Below the pieces are notes generated by a model. That model did not search any database and was not told the DNA's origin. It worked only from the letters and a program-made list of their open reading frames with translations. A DNA stretch of 62,914 nt, counting the filler, from Bigelowiella natans CCMP2755 (Eukaryota > Protista > Cercozoa), in assembly GCA_000320545.1 (NCBI GenBank). It is 8 parts of 8 records of this genome, joined end to end, with 100 filler letters (N's around TTAATTAATTAA, not from the genome) between each part and the next. Parts side by side here need not be neighbours in the genome. Positions count along the whole stretch, not along the records: positions 19,408 to 30,942 come from ADNK01000684.1; positions 31,043 to 38,717 come from ADNK01001531.1; 6 more parts are not named here. One strand, 5' to 3'. This document shows positions 25,576-36,779 of the stretch, one piece after another. The translations under genes and the position numbers were made by a program. The first letter of the stretch is position 1. Each line of letters starts with the position of its first letter.

Positions 25576-26814
25576 ATGGTGATGATGAGTAGTGTCCCCC
25601 GTTCGTCCCTTCTCGTTTTCACCCTCTCCCTCGCGCCAGCGTTATGTTCCCCAGCCTCTCCCAACGCCAATTTTGGGTCTGCAACTAGAGTAAGTGGGGG
25701 GGCTTTGAGAAGGGGAAAATTTGCTCGCAGATCCGGGAGCGGCATTCGGCATGTGTCACAGAGGTTGCGTGCCCTTAACGCTGCGTCACCTAAAGCTCCA
25801 AGGCAGGAGATAACACGCACCCTCTCAAAATTTGAAAGGGCGTGGAAGGATGCGGCAGCTAGTGCAGCTGTAGGTCTTGCAATGCTGGCTGGTGCTTCGA
25901 TGGGTAATCTCCCAGCTATGGCAGGAGAAGTAGCCGGTGCTCCTGCCGCTGCACAGACTGAGCAAATTAATATGGATGCCCTGAAATCGATGACGAAAGA
26001 TGCCATTGATAAGGGATACGACCAAGCTTGGATTGATGATCATCTCGCTCAGATGGAGGCACGTGGATACGATATCGAATGGGTGCAGCAACACCTGAGC
26101 GGTGTGGTGGATGAAATGAAGAAGAAATCCGAAGTAAGTTCCGATAACATGATGTTCAAAAATCTCCAGGAAGGAGAGGCTCCTAAGAAGCTTGAAAGCG
26201 ACCGTGTAGTATCAACTATTCCGCGAACGAATGCTGAGGGGCTACCCGTTCACCAAGAGGGCTTAGAAGGGATCGACAACTGGGTATACCCTTCACCAAA
26301 AATGTTTTGGAACGCAATGGACAGGAAGGGCAAGCATCCGGAGAGATATAATCCAGAGGATATCTCTGGTGTGGTACGCATCCACAACTTTGTCAACGAG
26401 AAAGCCTGGAATGAAATCCTGAAGTGGGAGGCAATGCACGAGGACAGCTGCCCGAAAGGCCCTTCGTTGACTAGCTTCAAGGGCAAATACGACAAGCTTT
26501 CTGCCAAGGGGGCAATGAATAAGTACGTTCCGGGGATGATGGGAGCTCCTTTCGACAGACACGACTGGGTGATTAATCGATGCGGGAAAACTGTGAGGTA
26601 TGTCCTGGACTACTATAAGGACCCTTCCCTTGCGGAGGATCCTAAGATTCGACTCGACGTGAGACCGGCACCGGACAGCATTGACAACCTTGTTGATTGG
26701 GTGAAATACTCGTCATACTCTAAGAATGCACCAGATAGAAAGGTGTCTTTCGAAGAGACAACGCGAATGAAAACCGCTAATGAGGTCATGAACTCTATTA
26801 GCAAGACGAATTAG
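25576..26814 (+). CDS. HCCS: Holocytochrome c synthase (cytochrome c/c1 heme lyase, System III), intronless, with tripartite plastid/thylakoid-lumen-like leader
   Basis: 412-aa single ORF with HCCS motifs RVVSTIPR, NWVYPSPKMFWNAMDRKG, VVRIHNFVNEKAWNEILKWE (heme-ligand His), PFDRHDWVINRCG, VRYVLDYY, LDVRPA. The first ~116 aa form a hydrophobic signal, an acid-free Arg-rich transit region, and a second hydrophobic segment ending P-A-M-A. Confidence 0.96.
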   Translation: MVMMSSVPRSSLLVFTLSLAPALCSPASPNANFGSATRVSGGALRRGKFARRSGSGIRHVSQRLRALNAASPKAPRQEITRTLSKFERAWKDAAASAAVGLAMLAGASMGNLPAMAGEVAGAPAAAQTEQINMDALKSMTKDAIDKGYDQAWIDDHLAQMEARGYDIEWVQQHLSGVVDEMKKKSEVSSDNMMFKNLQEGEAPKKLESDRVVSTIPRTNAEGLPVHQEGLEGIDNWVYPSPKMFWNAMDRKGKHPERYNPEDISGVVRIHNFVNEKAWNEILKWEAMHEDSCPKGPSLTSFKGKYDKLSAKGAMNKYVPGMMGAPFDRHDWVINRCGKTVRYVLDYYKDPSLAEDPKIRLDVRPAPDSIDNLVDWVKYSSYSKNAPDRKVSFEETTRMKTANEVMNSISKTN

Positions 26815-27049
26815 CCGATTAGTTCTCCCGTGCTGACCTTTCAGAAATGGAGGCGTGGTTGATGCATGTACAATTCTTGTTTTGTTCGATATTCAACTCA
26901 AAGCTTTCCGAAGAATAAATATATATATCCTATTTTAATACACCACAATGTAAATTCAATGCTAAAAATTCTGAAGAAAAACGAAAGCAATGCATTTTGT
27001 TTGTATCAAGCCAAGATTAATGTAGTAGAGTCTAAATCTCGATCTTATC

Positions 27050-28440
27050 TGTGTTGCAATTGTCACATCGCATGGATGATGACCTTTTGTGAACATTCTG
27101 TCCGCATGTCCCGCATGCTAGCATGTGCAAGTTGTTAAAAGCTGTGAGTAAGAATGAAGCTATTCTTCGGTCATTTCACTGCTCTGACAGTTACACTTTG
27201 TCTCTGGCGGGTTAGCTTTTCAGTGACAACTGTCGGCGTCAAATGTGCGCAAAATTCAAAACTATGGTGATGAACAGATTTTGGCATTTCCATCACTAGA
27301 TCACATTGTGCCCGCTTGACAAATTTCTCTGTCGTGTTTGAATTCAGTATGCAGAATGTCCATGATAGATGATCCCACTTAGACGTGTGCATGCACACTG
27401 TAGGCGAGACGTGCGAGCTAGCGAGAGCATGCTGCATGGATGTGGACAACAAGCTCTCTAGCTCTGTCCGACGCACGTGTTGAATCATTTGATGTTTGAC
27501 TGTGTCCATCGTTATAAGATCGTTGCTCATGGCGTACCTTTTGATGAACTTTGTGAGATCGATCACTTGCTCATTCCAGCATCATCGTATCGTGGGTCGC
27601 AGGATGAAGTGTTTGAATTCTGAAAATGTGTTGGTTCAGCACGCCCAAACGACACTGTGCTGCACATGAGCGAACCAAGCCGCTGCACGTTCACTCCATC
27701 TCCTCAAGGCCACAGTGTCATGATCGATCCGAGATCAACGAGAAGGGCAATGCTGGCGATGTGCAGTGCAGACGTGCACAGCTCGTTGCTGTTGTGCGCC
27801 AATTTGATTGGACGTGGCGACACTCTGTCCATAGGGACTTGTAGTCCATGTAGGGACTCATAGTCCATGCACATCCGAGGTGTCTAGGTGTGTCAAATCA
27901 GATGCCATGCGGTCCATCTGATGCTCGGCTCAAACGCAACGAACGCAAACCCATCACTAGATCACCAGATCACTTGCGGTTTTTGTCGCTGCTGCCATTC
28001 GCATCAGAATCGAACTCATGTCCAGCAGGTGTCCGTAAACGTGCTAGCGCGACAGCAGAGCTGTCATCATCGCAGCGCACAAGATCTCGCACAACGTCCA
28101 AAAGTCTGCACCCGCTCACGTTGACCGCAAACACGCACGCAGAACGTGCCGCGGATCATGCGGGCAATGTGTGGGCAAAAGATGCCTTCGGTTTCCAGTG
28201 TCAGCTGGGTGTCTGCGACACGTTTGATCAGTTTCTTCGAAACCTACCACCAGGCAGGGGCGACTCTGCGATCATGAGCCAGCATGCGAACCAGGCACGA
28301 GACAGAGGGTGGACAAAATATCTTCAAGGAGGAACCAATGAATGAATGAAGAAAGAGTGGTGGCTCCACTCCTGGGACAATGAACAATGAACAATGATGA
28401 CAAACAACATTTCCAAAATGTTGCAATGCAGTGCCTCGAA
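27050..28440. pseudogene. TpA-eroded relic coding/repeat sequence (TE- or virus-derived?)
   Basis: Overlapping Tyr-poor, Cys/His-rich ORFs on both strands; 9 TA in 27591-28318, 8 of them in TAG/CTA context. Confidence 0.45.
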
Positions 28441-28604
28441 ACTAACTTCAGTGAGAGCGGACTGCTCGTAGGATCCATTTCCGTCCCTTTGAGTCTTGAG
28501 TGAACGTCTTGAACATAATTTGGATGTCGTAACAATGAAATGTAGGCAATTTATAGGAAAATTACCAACAACTTCAGAACACAAAGCCTTCCCGCCTCAG
28601 CGCC

Positions 28605-29390
28605 ATGGCAAACCTGGGGAGAGGGGGTGAGGATGTGGAGGAAGACGCCTTGCTAAGGCTGCACTTCAGCCTTGATTCCTCCACGACCGCTAGGAATTCG
28701 TTTCTACAGATGTACGGAATCCACGGCAGGCGAGGGACGTACAGCTTCGAAGATGAAGCACTTTTGGAGAGCAAACCAGAGTTTCGTACTGACGATCTCC
28801 TTGGGAAGCCCCGTGTCCTAGATGTCGAAACCCTACCAGGGAGATTGCACGCGTCTGAGAAATCATCGTATTATTCCATGGAGACAGATGGAGGAGGAGG
28901 AGGAGGAGGAGGAGGAGGAGGAGGTGCGGGTAACCAAGCGTTTCAGGATTTCATGAAGCTATGGAAGACCGGTGGCAATATCGCTAGGATTTCTAGAGGG
29001 CTCGAGACTATAACCGAGCCGGAATGGAGTGAATCTATTGAGTCTGGATTGTTTGATGAATCCCCGATAGAGGATGTTTTCCGCGTCCTCGATCTAGTCG
29101 CTGGAAAAGCAATCGGAGATGCTGTCCTGAAGCATATCTTCCGTCTTGTTCCCGACAACATCGAGGAGAAGGGAGCCCAAACGCAGCACTCATTTCGAAG
29201 CCTCATCTGGACTGCCATACAGAAGGGCTCCGCCATCTCGCTTCCCAAGGAAAAGTTCGTCCGACATGTACAAACCTCTACGCGCTACTGTGAGAAGGAA
29301 TCTGCCACGATTTCGAAGGCAAAGTGGATTTTCTCTGCATTCTGTGAAGCTTATTTGAAAATCAGATTGAGCGCGAGCACATTCAAATGA
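28605..29390 (+). CDS. Intronless hypothetical protein (261 aa) with poly-Gly linker
   Basis: Long ATG-to-TGA ORF with protein-like composition including Tyr codons, GCC-ATG-G start context and an in-frame (GGA)n tract; no family recognised. Confidence 0.65.
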   Translation: MANLGRGGEDVEEDALLRLHFSLDSSTTARNSFLQMYGIHGRRGTYSFEDEALLESKPEFRTDDLLGKPRVLDVETLPGRLHASEKSSYYSMETDGGGGGGGGGGGGAGNQAFQDFMKLWKTGGNIARISRGLETITEPEWSESIESGLFDESPIEDVFRVLDLVAGKAIGDAVLKHIFRLVPDNIEEKGAQTQHSFRSLIWTAIQKGSAISLPKEKFVRHVQTSTRYCEKESATISKAKWIFSAFCEAYLKIRLSASTFK

Positions 29391-29639
29391 TCAATATTTT
29401 CTATTTATTTTCTTAAAAATGAGCTAATGAATAAGTGCATTGAGCAGTTCATGTCATCTTGAATCATCACCTCTCTGCGATCCTGATGCAGCAACCGAAC
29501 TCGATAAGCGATATATACATGTGATGTCTGCTTGTCATGTCTGAGAAAAAACAAGAAGGATCGTTGCGGTCGTGTAAGTAAAGCGATTTCTGTGAAAAAA
29601 TGTTTTCGAGAATGGCATCTTAGTAAATAGCCCAAGTAA

Positions 29640-30350
29640 GCAACGGCACTTTGCTTCTTCGCATGCTACGGCACGGCTAGCACACATATTGTAATTAGCT
29701 CACAGACGCTCACACATATTATTAGGTGTGCTCATCTTCTCTGTCCTTTTGAAAGACCTCTACTTTCTTAGTCATTTGATAAGCGGTGTGCTAACAATAA
29801 GAAGTGTGAACAATTTCATAGCAGTCATAATTATTATACCTCGCGTATACGCTGATCGATAACAATAAGGAAGTTGCACAAGTGCAATGCCGCCGCCAGC
29901 CACTTAACGCATCCACGCCTCGTGGTCATTACTAGATCAGCAATGCTGACGAATTATTCATCACACATTAATAACACACGCCTTCATGCATTATGTTGCA
30001 TTGCAAGAAGGCGGAGCTGCGGGGATGTGATGTGCCCGCGCAGCGTAGCTAGCAGCAGCTGTTCAAGCAGTACTGAGCACAAAATCGTTTTGCATAGCTA
30101 CATTAGGATGACAATTGAACAAGTTTGATTTATCCATGACATCCGATGTGCACCGCGATCGCTTGTGCATGCCGCGCTTGCTACTCTCGCGAAACAATTG
30201 TCTCATCATTCATTCCCCAGCGATTCATCATACACAGAACCAGCATTAAAATACACACGCTTCCTGCTGATTAGATGAGCTTTTACGCAAGATGAAGCAA
30301 GTCGCTAAATTCGTCGTTGAGCAGCTAGCAGCTGCAGACGAGAGCTTTCA
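29640..30350. repeat. Degenerate TG/CA-rich intergenic tract
   Basis: Same word pattern as the other eroded tracts, lying between convergent 3' ends. Confidence 0.4.
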
Positions 30351-30356
30351 ATCGCG

Positions 30357-30757
30357 CTAGGAATCGAAGTCGTCGCTGTATTCGTCATTCTCGTCGTTGT
30401 TATCCCTCGCCATGATGTCTTCTTCTTCTACTACTATACTGTCGCTGATGCCGAGCGCGTCCTCAGCGTCCTCAGCACCCTATTTTTACGCAGCAGACGT
30501 CAAATGCACACATTAATACTTTTCGCACTTTACAGCATTTAGTAGTACGTCATGCAACGGGGAAAGACGATAGGCGAATGAACAACAGTAGGAAGCACCG
30601 AGCCATAAAAGCTAGGCACCTCTGCTTGATGAAATTATAATAGAAAAATGGGGGCGAGGGGTATGCTGAGCAAGGAGGCCTCAGGTTCATCCATGTGGTC
30701 AACTACCTCATCATTCTCGCTCCCGCCGATATCAATATCGACGATCTCGATGTCCTA
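30357..30757 (-). CDS. 3'-terminal acidic exons of a gene interrupted by the gap
   Basis: DIEIVDIDIGGSENDE ... GAEDAEDALGISDSIVVEEEDIMARDNNDENDEYSDDFDS* with AG acceptors. Confidence 0.4.
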
Positions 30758-30855
30758 CATATTTAGCAGTTTATGTGTGAGTGCTTTGTGTCAGATTCTC
30801 CCTTCTCCTCCTCCTCCTCCTTACCCTCCTCCTCCCTCCTCTCTTTCTCGAAACA

Positions 30856-30940
<85 letters not shown>

Positions 30941-30942
30941 AC

Positions 30943-31042
30943 NNNNNNNNNNNNNNNNNNNNNNNNNNNNNNNNNNNNNNNNNNNNTTAATTAATTAANN
31001 NNNNNNNNNNNNNNNNNNNNNNNNNNNNNNNNNNNNNNNNNN
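30943..31042. other. Artificial assembly spacer
   Basis: 44 N + TTAATTAATTAA + 44 N. Confidence 0.97.
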
Positions 31043-31137
31043 GCTCGACGGGAAGATGGGGGGGGGAGGGTACATATTTTACGCGTTCGATAGTGCTTTT
31101 CAGATCACATCAGCCAAGCTACGAAGAACAACCGATT

Positions 31138-31183
<46 letters not shown>

Positions 31184-31214
31184 ATATAATACATATGTGT
31201 GTGTGTGTGTGTGT

Positions 31215-32514
31215 ATTCGAAACGGGGCTTCAAAGCGAGCCGTCGGTATTTCCTCATCATGAATACGTGCTCCCCCTCCTCCCAAGGACCTGAGCAGGGT
31301 GACGGAGTCTCTCCTCCGTTGTACAAAGTGGGGGGTTGGGGTGGGGACTTTGCTGCCAAAAGAGCGCCGTATGCGGTGCGTGGCCTCGTTGTCTTGCTGT
31401 TTCCTTGCCTGGTATTCCAGGAAAGCTCGCAATGTCCTCCTTCGTCGCTGCTGATGCATAACCTCCTCGCGGTGCTCTATCTGCTGCCGGTGTTGCTGCT
31501 GAATCAACAGCTTCTTCAAATCCTCCATGTCGTAGTCGCGTCCGCCCCCATAAGGACCAGGCTGGATCTATCATGGGGGAATAGAGTGGGGGCCAAGGTG
31601 GAGGATAGAACGACTAAGAGATCAGCTGTGTATAGATATCTGGAACTGTGGTCGCTTGCCCGTGTGTGTGTATCATCTGTGTGTTTGTCTCCATTGGTGG
31701 TGAGAAGAGATAAGAGCGAAGGGGGAGATTGAATAGGGGAGGGTACCGGGTACACCCCCGCAGTAACGTCAAGCAGAAAATCCGCTATGTTCAAGCCCCT
31801 CGGGCGCTTGAAGCTGGTTATGTGATATATCATCAATTCAAAGGGAGGGAACAAGAATATGTGCGAGAAGAAGGAAAGCGACAACGACTCCCTTGTACGA
31901 TTTCACCCACACCCCGGTCCAAAACTCTCTGCGGCTATTTGCGCCGCTCCTGCCATTGTTATCGCTATTAATGCGTAGTGTCCCCCTCCCTCCTCCTCCT
32001 CCACCCCCACCCAATATTGGAGAAATGCTCGATGGCAGCGGAGGCTGGTCCTTCGTAAGCGACGCGTCCCCCTGCACATACAGGTCAAGCCATTATCTCC
32101 ATCATCGTCATCATCGTCAACCATCAACCCAAAACAAGAGAGAAAGTGATAGGAAACTTAATGAATCTTACTATCAGCATGCTGCGGTTGCTGCCACCGC
32201 AGCATCGAACCATGGCCCGCATCGGCCTTGCCATCTACCCCCATTATTATTACCCTTGGAGAGTAGCAAAAGCCTATTGAAGAGGGAAAATATCTTCGCT
32301 GACGGCTGGTGAATGCTGCATATCACCTGACAACAAAAGTAAGAAGAAGAAGAAGAAGAAGAAAAGAAAAAGAGTTTGGTTTGCGGAGTTGCGAGAGAGC
32401 GAGAGAGAGATACACCCTTGTTTGATAAAGAGTTTACCGTGCGATTCTGCGTGGTGGCAAGCCGAGAGAGAAAGCGTATTATCCTGTCGGCGGAGCTAGA
32501 GTCCAAACCTTTGC

Positions 32515-32575
<61 letters not shown>

Positions 32576-34039
32576 TACAAATACACATACGTGAATATAA
32601 TGCAAATCATGCACCACCATTGTTATCGTTTCTCTTCGCAGCTACTACAACACAACATCGTACCTGAAGACGGCTCATCGAGGAGGAGGACGCTTGGGTT
32701 GCCTGAACATCAGCAGTTCGTAAAGACGACGATGACGACGTACGGTTAAGACATTACATGCATCCGATGTGGTCAAAACTCAAAACAAATGCGGAAATAG
32801 TCTTTGGCGTGCATGCAATCAATGGGGTCAGCAGCACGGTACAAGTCGCATGATGGGGCTGACAATCAACGCTCATCTGCCCTCGAGTGCAAACGAACAA
32901 GCTAAACAAGCACGAAAAGAATATTGCAACTGTCGTCCGTTCCCCCCCCCCGCTCACTGACCCATAAGCTGTAGGGCGATCGATACGCGCCTGCGCTCCC
33001 CCCCGGATATGCGCTCAGCTCCCTCCCATCCCCCTCCAATTCTGAGGGAGGTCAGCCAGTTAATCACATGCACGTGAATCACCGGTAACAAGCAAACGAA
33101 CGACAGGGGGAGGGAACACATGATGATGGGATTCTCTCTCCTAGTGCGTTCGAAATGACAACAGCGCGACTTTTGCCCTTGACCATGCTGCCCCCCCCCC
33201 CCCCACCCACCACCACAACCCCTGCGGCCGAGGGTGTCTGTCTATCCGCTGATAATGACTGCTCAATGCGTCATCGGCAGGTATGCTTGCGGAGAATATC
33301 ACCAAGAGCAGCCATCGTGAAATTCGCCAACTTCCCAGTTATATTTTCCTCGACTCTTTCCCGCCCGCCCCCCCCCTTCCTCCCTTCCCTCCCCTCTACC
33401 GAAAACAACCTATTCGTAACGCAGTCCTCCAGGCCCAGGTCACTAACAAGCTTATTGACGATTACCGTGCAACGCTCTGCACTAGCGTAGGCTTCTGGGA
33501 TCTTCACGCGAGCGGCAAATCTAGATTGAGAGGGGGTAGGGGGAGGGGGGCGGGAGAGAGTTCGGTCTCTTACAGTCTGATATGTGAGCGCGGTAGGAGA
33601 AAGCTTGCGTGCGCTGAAACGTTGCACCATCGAATAGGAACCATTATGGAAATAGGAAGGATATTGAGGGGGGGGGGGAGGGGGAGTATTAATTACGTTA
33701 AAGCTTCTTCTACAGTAAGCTCAGCGGGAAGCTCATCCTGCGAGAGGAAAATGAAGATAGGAGGGGTGCAATAGGAAAAGTGCATTGAAGCTTATGCCGC
33801 ATTCGTATTCACATACTATGATCAAGGTGAAGATTCCCTTAATTTTTGGGCGGGAGGGGGGGGGGGGGGGGGTGTAGTCCCTGTTCGAAAACAAATGATT
33901 TCCACATCATATTAAGCGAATAAACACCTGCTGAGTGACGTACGCGGTGAAGTTCGAAAGCTGGGCAATGTCGTCTTGAAGCTGCGCGTTGAGGTACACT
34001 TTCCCATCCACAACCGGTGTTCCTAACGTTAGAAGCGGC

Positions 34040-34080
<41 letters not shown>

Positions 34081-34862
34081 TTGCTTATGCTATAGTTCAG
34101 TGTATATGTTCACGCCTATCGACGATGACCCTCGTATACACATAGAGTGAGGCACCAAATACTGCAGATTCCATGCCTTTTTTTGTTCTCTTATTGATGA
34201 TGTTTCTATACACAAAGATCATCCATCACCGGCTTTTGTGAGACGTGAGGCAAGCGTGTCCAACAATGACGTTTTCCCGGACCCAGAAACCCCCATAATA
34301 GCTGCGATTTGACACACGAAATACGTTAATGTTAATCCACAAATCCACAATATAAGTTGCTATTCTCTACTTGGAAACAGCTTTGCTACGCTCGATGATA
34401 TCTTCTTCTTCTTCTTCTTCTTTTTATTCTTCTAGTTGTTGTGGTTTGAAACGAGCGCATCTCTGTCGGGCGATCATCCTCACCTGTGAGCTGCCCGCTC
34501 TCCATGCGCGCATTGACTTTGCTCAGGACTTATGGAAAATACCACCAATAGTCGTCGACATGAAGGGGGGGGGGGGGGGGATAGAAAACGGGGGTGAGGT
34601 CGGAAGTGAGCGTTGTGACATTACGAGCGCTCCTTACAACTCTCCCCTGATTTTCGATAAAAGACTCTCTACTCGCAAACCAACGTTCTTTGAAAGATAA
34701 ACCAAACAAAAGCGACGGAACAACAATGGCACGTACTGTTTACACGTGACAGGGTTCGGAACGTGAGAGGAGACCGATGGACGAATTCGAGCGATAAGTC
34801 AGACAACTACATGTATATGAGGGGAGGGAGGGGGGGATGGGGGGTGTTAGATGAAGATATGT

Positions 34863-34901
<39 letters not shown>

Positions 34902-34920
34902 GACGGCTAACGGATGTACT

Positions 34921-34962
<42 letters not shown>

Positions 34963-35346
34963 TTATGTACATATTATCTGTACAAGGAGACGTTCACTTG
35001 CGTGCGCATAAATCAATTAGGTTTACAGGAACAAGGAGAAGAGATGGTTGGAGAATGCAATGTGCATTATCCCTCGATAGTCAGCAGCAAGCCCCACCTC
35101 GATGTTGATAGGCAGAGTCTTGGAAATGCCAGTCTCACAGGACATTTCCTACCACAAAGGGCAAAGGTGGGGAAGAAGACATACCATGTGTTATTCTGAA
35201 TTGTGAGAACTGTCGCTAAGGACAACGTATTCCCATGACTTCCGCCCCTCCCCCCAGCATACCTTATTATCGTGACTGGACAACAGTCCCTGCTCCAAAC
35301 CGTCATCGCCGATGGCTGTTCCGCTCCCACGCCCCGGGAAGGACAT
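31215..35346 (-). CDS. ABC transporter subfamily G (White-like), N-terminal NBD; membrane domain not visible before the gap
   Basis: MSFPGRGSG...; IAAIMGVSGSGKTSLLDTLA (Walker A), AYVTQQ|DELPAELTVEEAL, ISGGERRRVSIALQL, NPSVLLLDEPSSG|LDSSSA, VICSIHQPSAKIFSLFNRLLLLSKG, NIADFLLDV. Confidence 0.92.
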
Positions 35347-35884
35347 CCACGACTTTGAGTCTGCCCTCGGTTCTGGCTAGGCAATTGATGATCTGGGTAG
35401 ACCTGAAGATGCTCAAGAAATGCGGTGAAGGGGGGGGGCAGGCTCGGAACTGTGTCGGGTGAGGTGTCCGAATCGTTACATAAAATCGGGAATTACAGTG
35501 GAAATTACCCCTGCGACAAAGGAAAGAACGCCAATAAAATTACAAATCCCAGTCGATTTCCGACAAAATTTGGTGCTCGAACAAAGACTCCTACTTCTTC
35601 CACATCTGTTGGATAGGAAATATCTCGATATATTCTTTGTCTCGCTGCTCAGGTGGTACAAGTAATATTTTTATGCCTGTAACATCCTATTGTAACATCC
35701 AAAGATGATTGGACGACGGTTCAAAATCAAACGAAGAGTTGTGGATATGAATGTTCTAATATTATTTTATTATACCGTAAATATTCGACGATATAAATTC
35801 TAATTGACGGCAAAAGCGGACGGGAACAGAGCGTCGCTGACAACGTCGCCGTTGTCCAAATCGAATCCATCACGAGGCCTTGCA

Positions 35885-36695
35885 ATGGCGGAGCTCAGGC
35901 CACGGGCTGCGGCGACGAGAATAGGTCATTCCATTTGTAAGGGGACGAATCTCAAACCCTCAATAGCATAACTTATCATCGCTCAGGGAGGGCGGACTCG
36001 AAGATGCTAGCTTCTGAGGCGCCTGCAGACCTGATCAGTGGCGTAAAGAAACATATCATCAACATGACCATGGATATGAAGACTTCTGGACTCCCCTTCG
36101 AGTAGGCTAATCGTTGATGGCAGAGTCATTGGACAATTTGTCGCAAGCAGCATGCTTTCGGCATCTGAATTTATCCCCGCCTTATCGGAGTCTTCTTCGC
36201 ACTCGTTTCCTGCTATCATATCTGCTCATGGTACTGACTATACTTTTTCGCCGATGTGCCCATTCCTACGCAGGGACGCCCAGAACGTCTGGTCAGGAAT
36301 GTCAGGTTGTCTATATGCGTTGCCAATGCTCTGCACCCCCTACAATTGGGAGCGGTTTCTCTGGCTGCTGCAGGTATTTTCCCGTTGAAATCTCGCCTTG
36401 CATCCTAACATGCCTCGGCCATTGAGGGGAGCTCGTTCCAAGCGATGTGTCGATATAGATCATTGTACGCCCTGGATATAGCTGCTGTACCATGATCCCG
36501 CCCCCGTAGGCATTCTTATCAGTGTCGGCGGACTACTTCTACGTGAATGACCTACACATAGTGCATGGGCTCGACAGAATTTTTGCAACTTATAACACGA
36601 TTAGGATGATCTTGCTCGTGGTTCGTTTGACACATCAATAAACCCCCTCCCCGCATACACATGAAGAAAAATATCATGCATTCTAGTCCGTATGC

Positions 36696-36736
<41 letters not shown>

Positions 36737-36744
36737 AGTCTGTC

Positions 36745-36779
<35 letters not shown>

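Noticed and set aside
24423-28440. HCCS captured inside a single TIR transposon
   Set aside because: A left terminus is present at 24423, but I found no matching inverted terminus downstream of the gene.
30860-30942. Many ORF-track entries with poly-HT, YI, CV, RE or LS runs
   Set aside because: Translations of intronic dinucleotide microsatellites.
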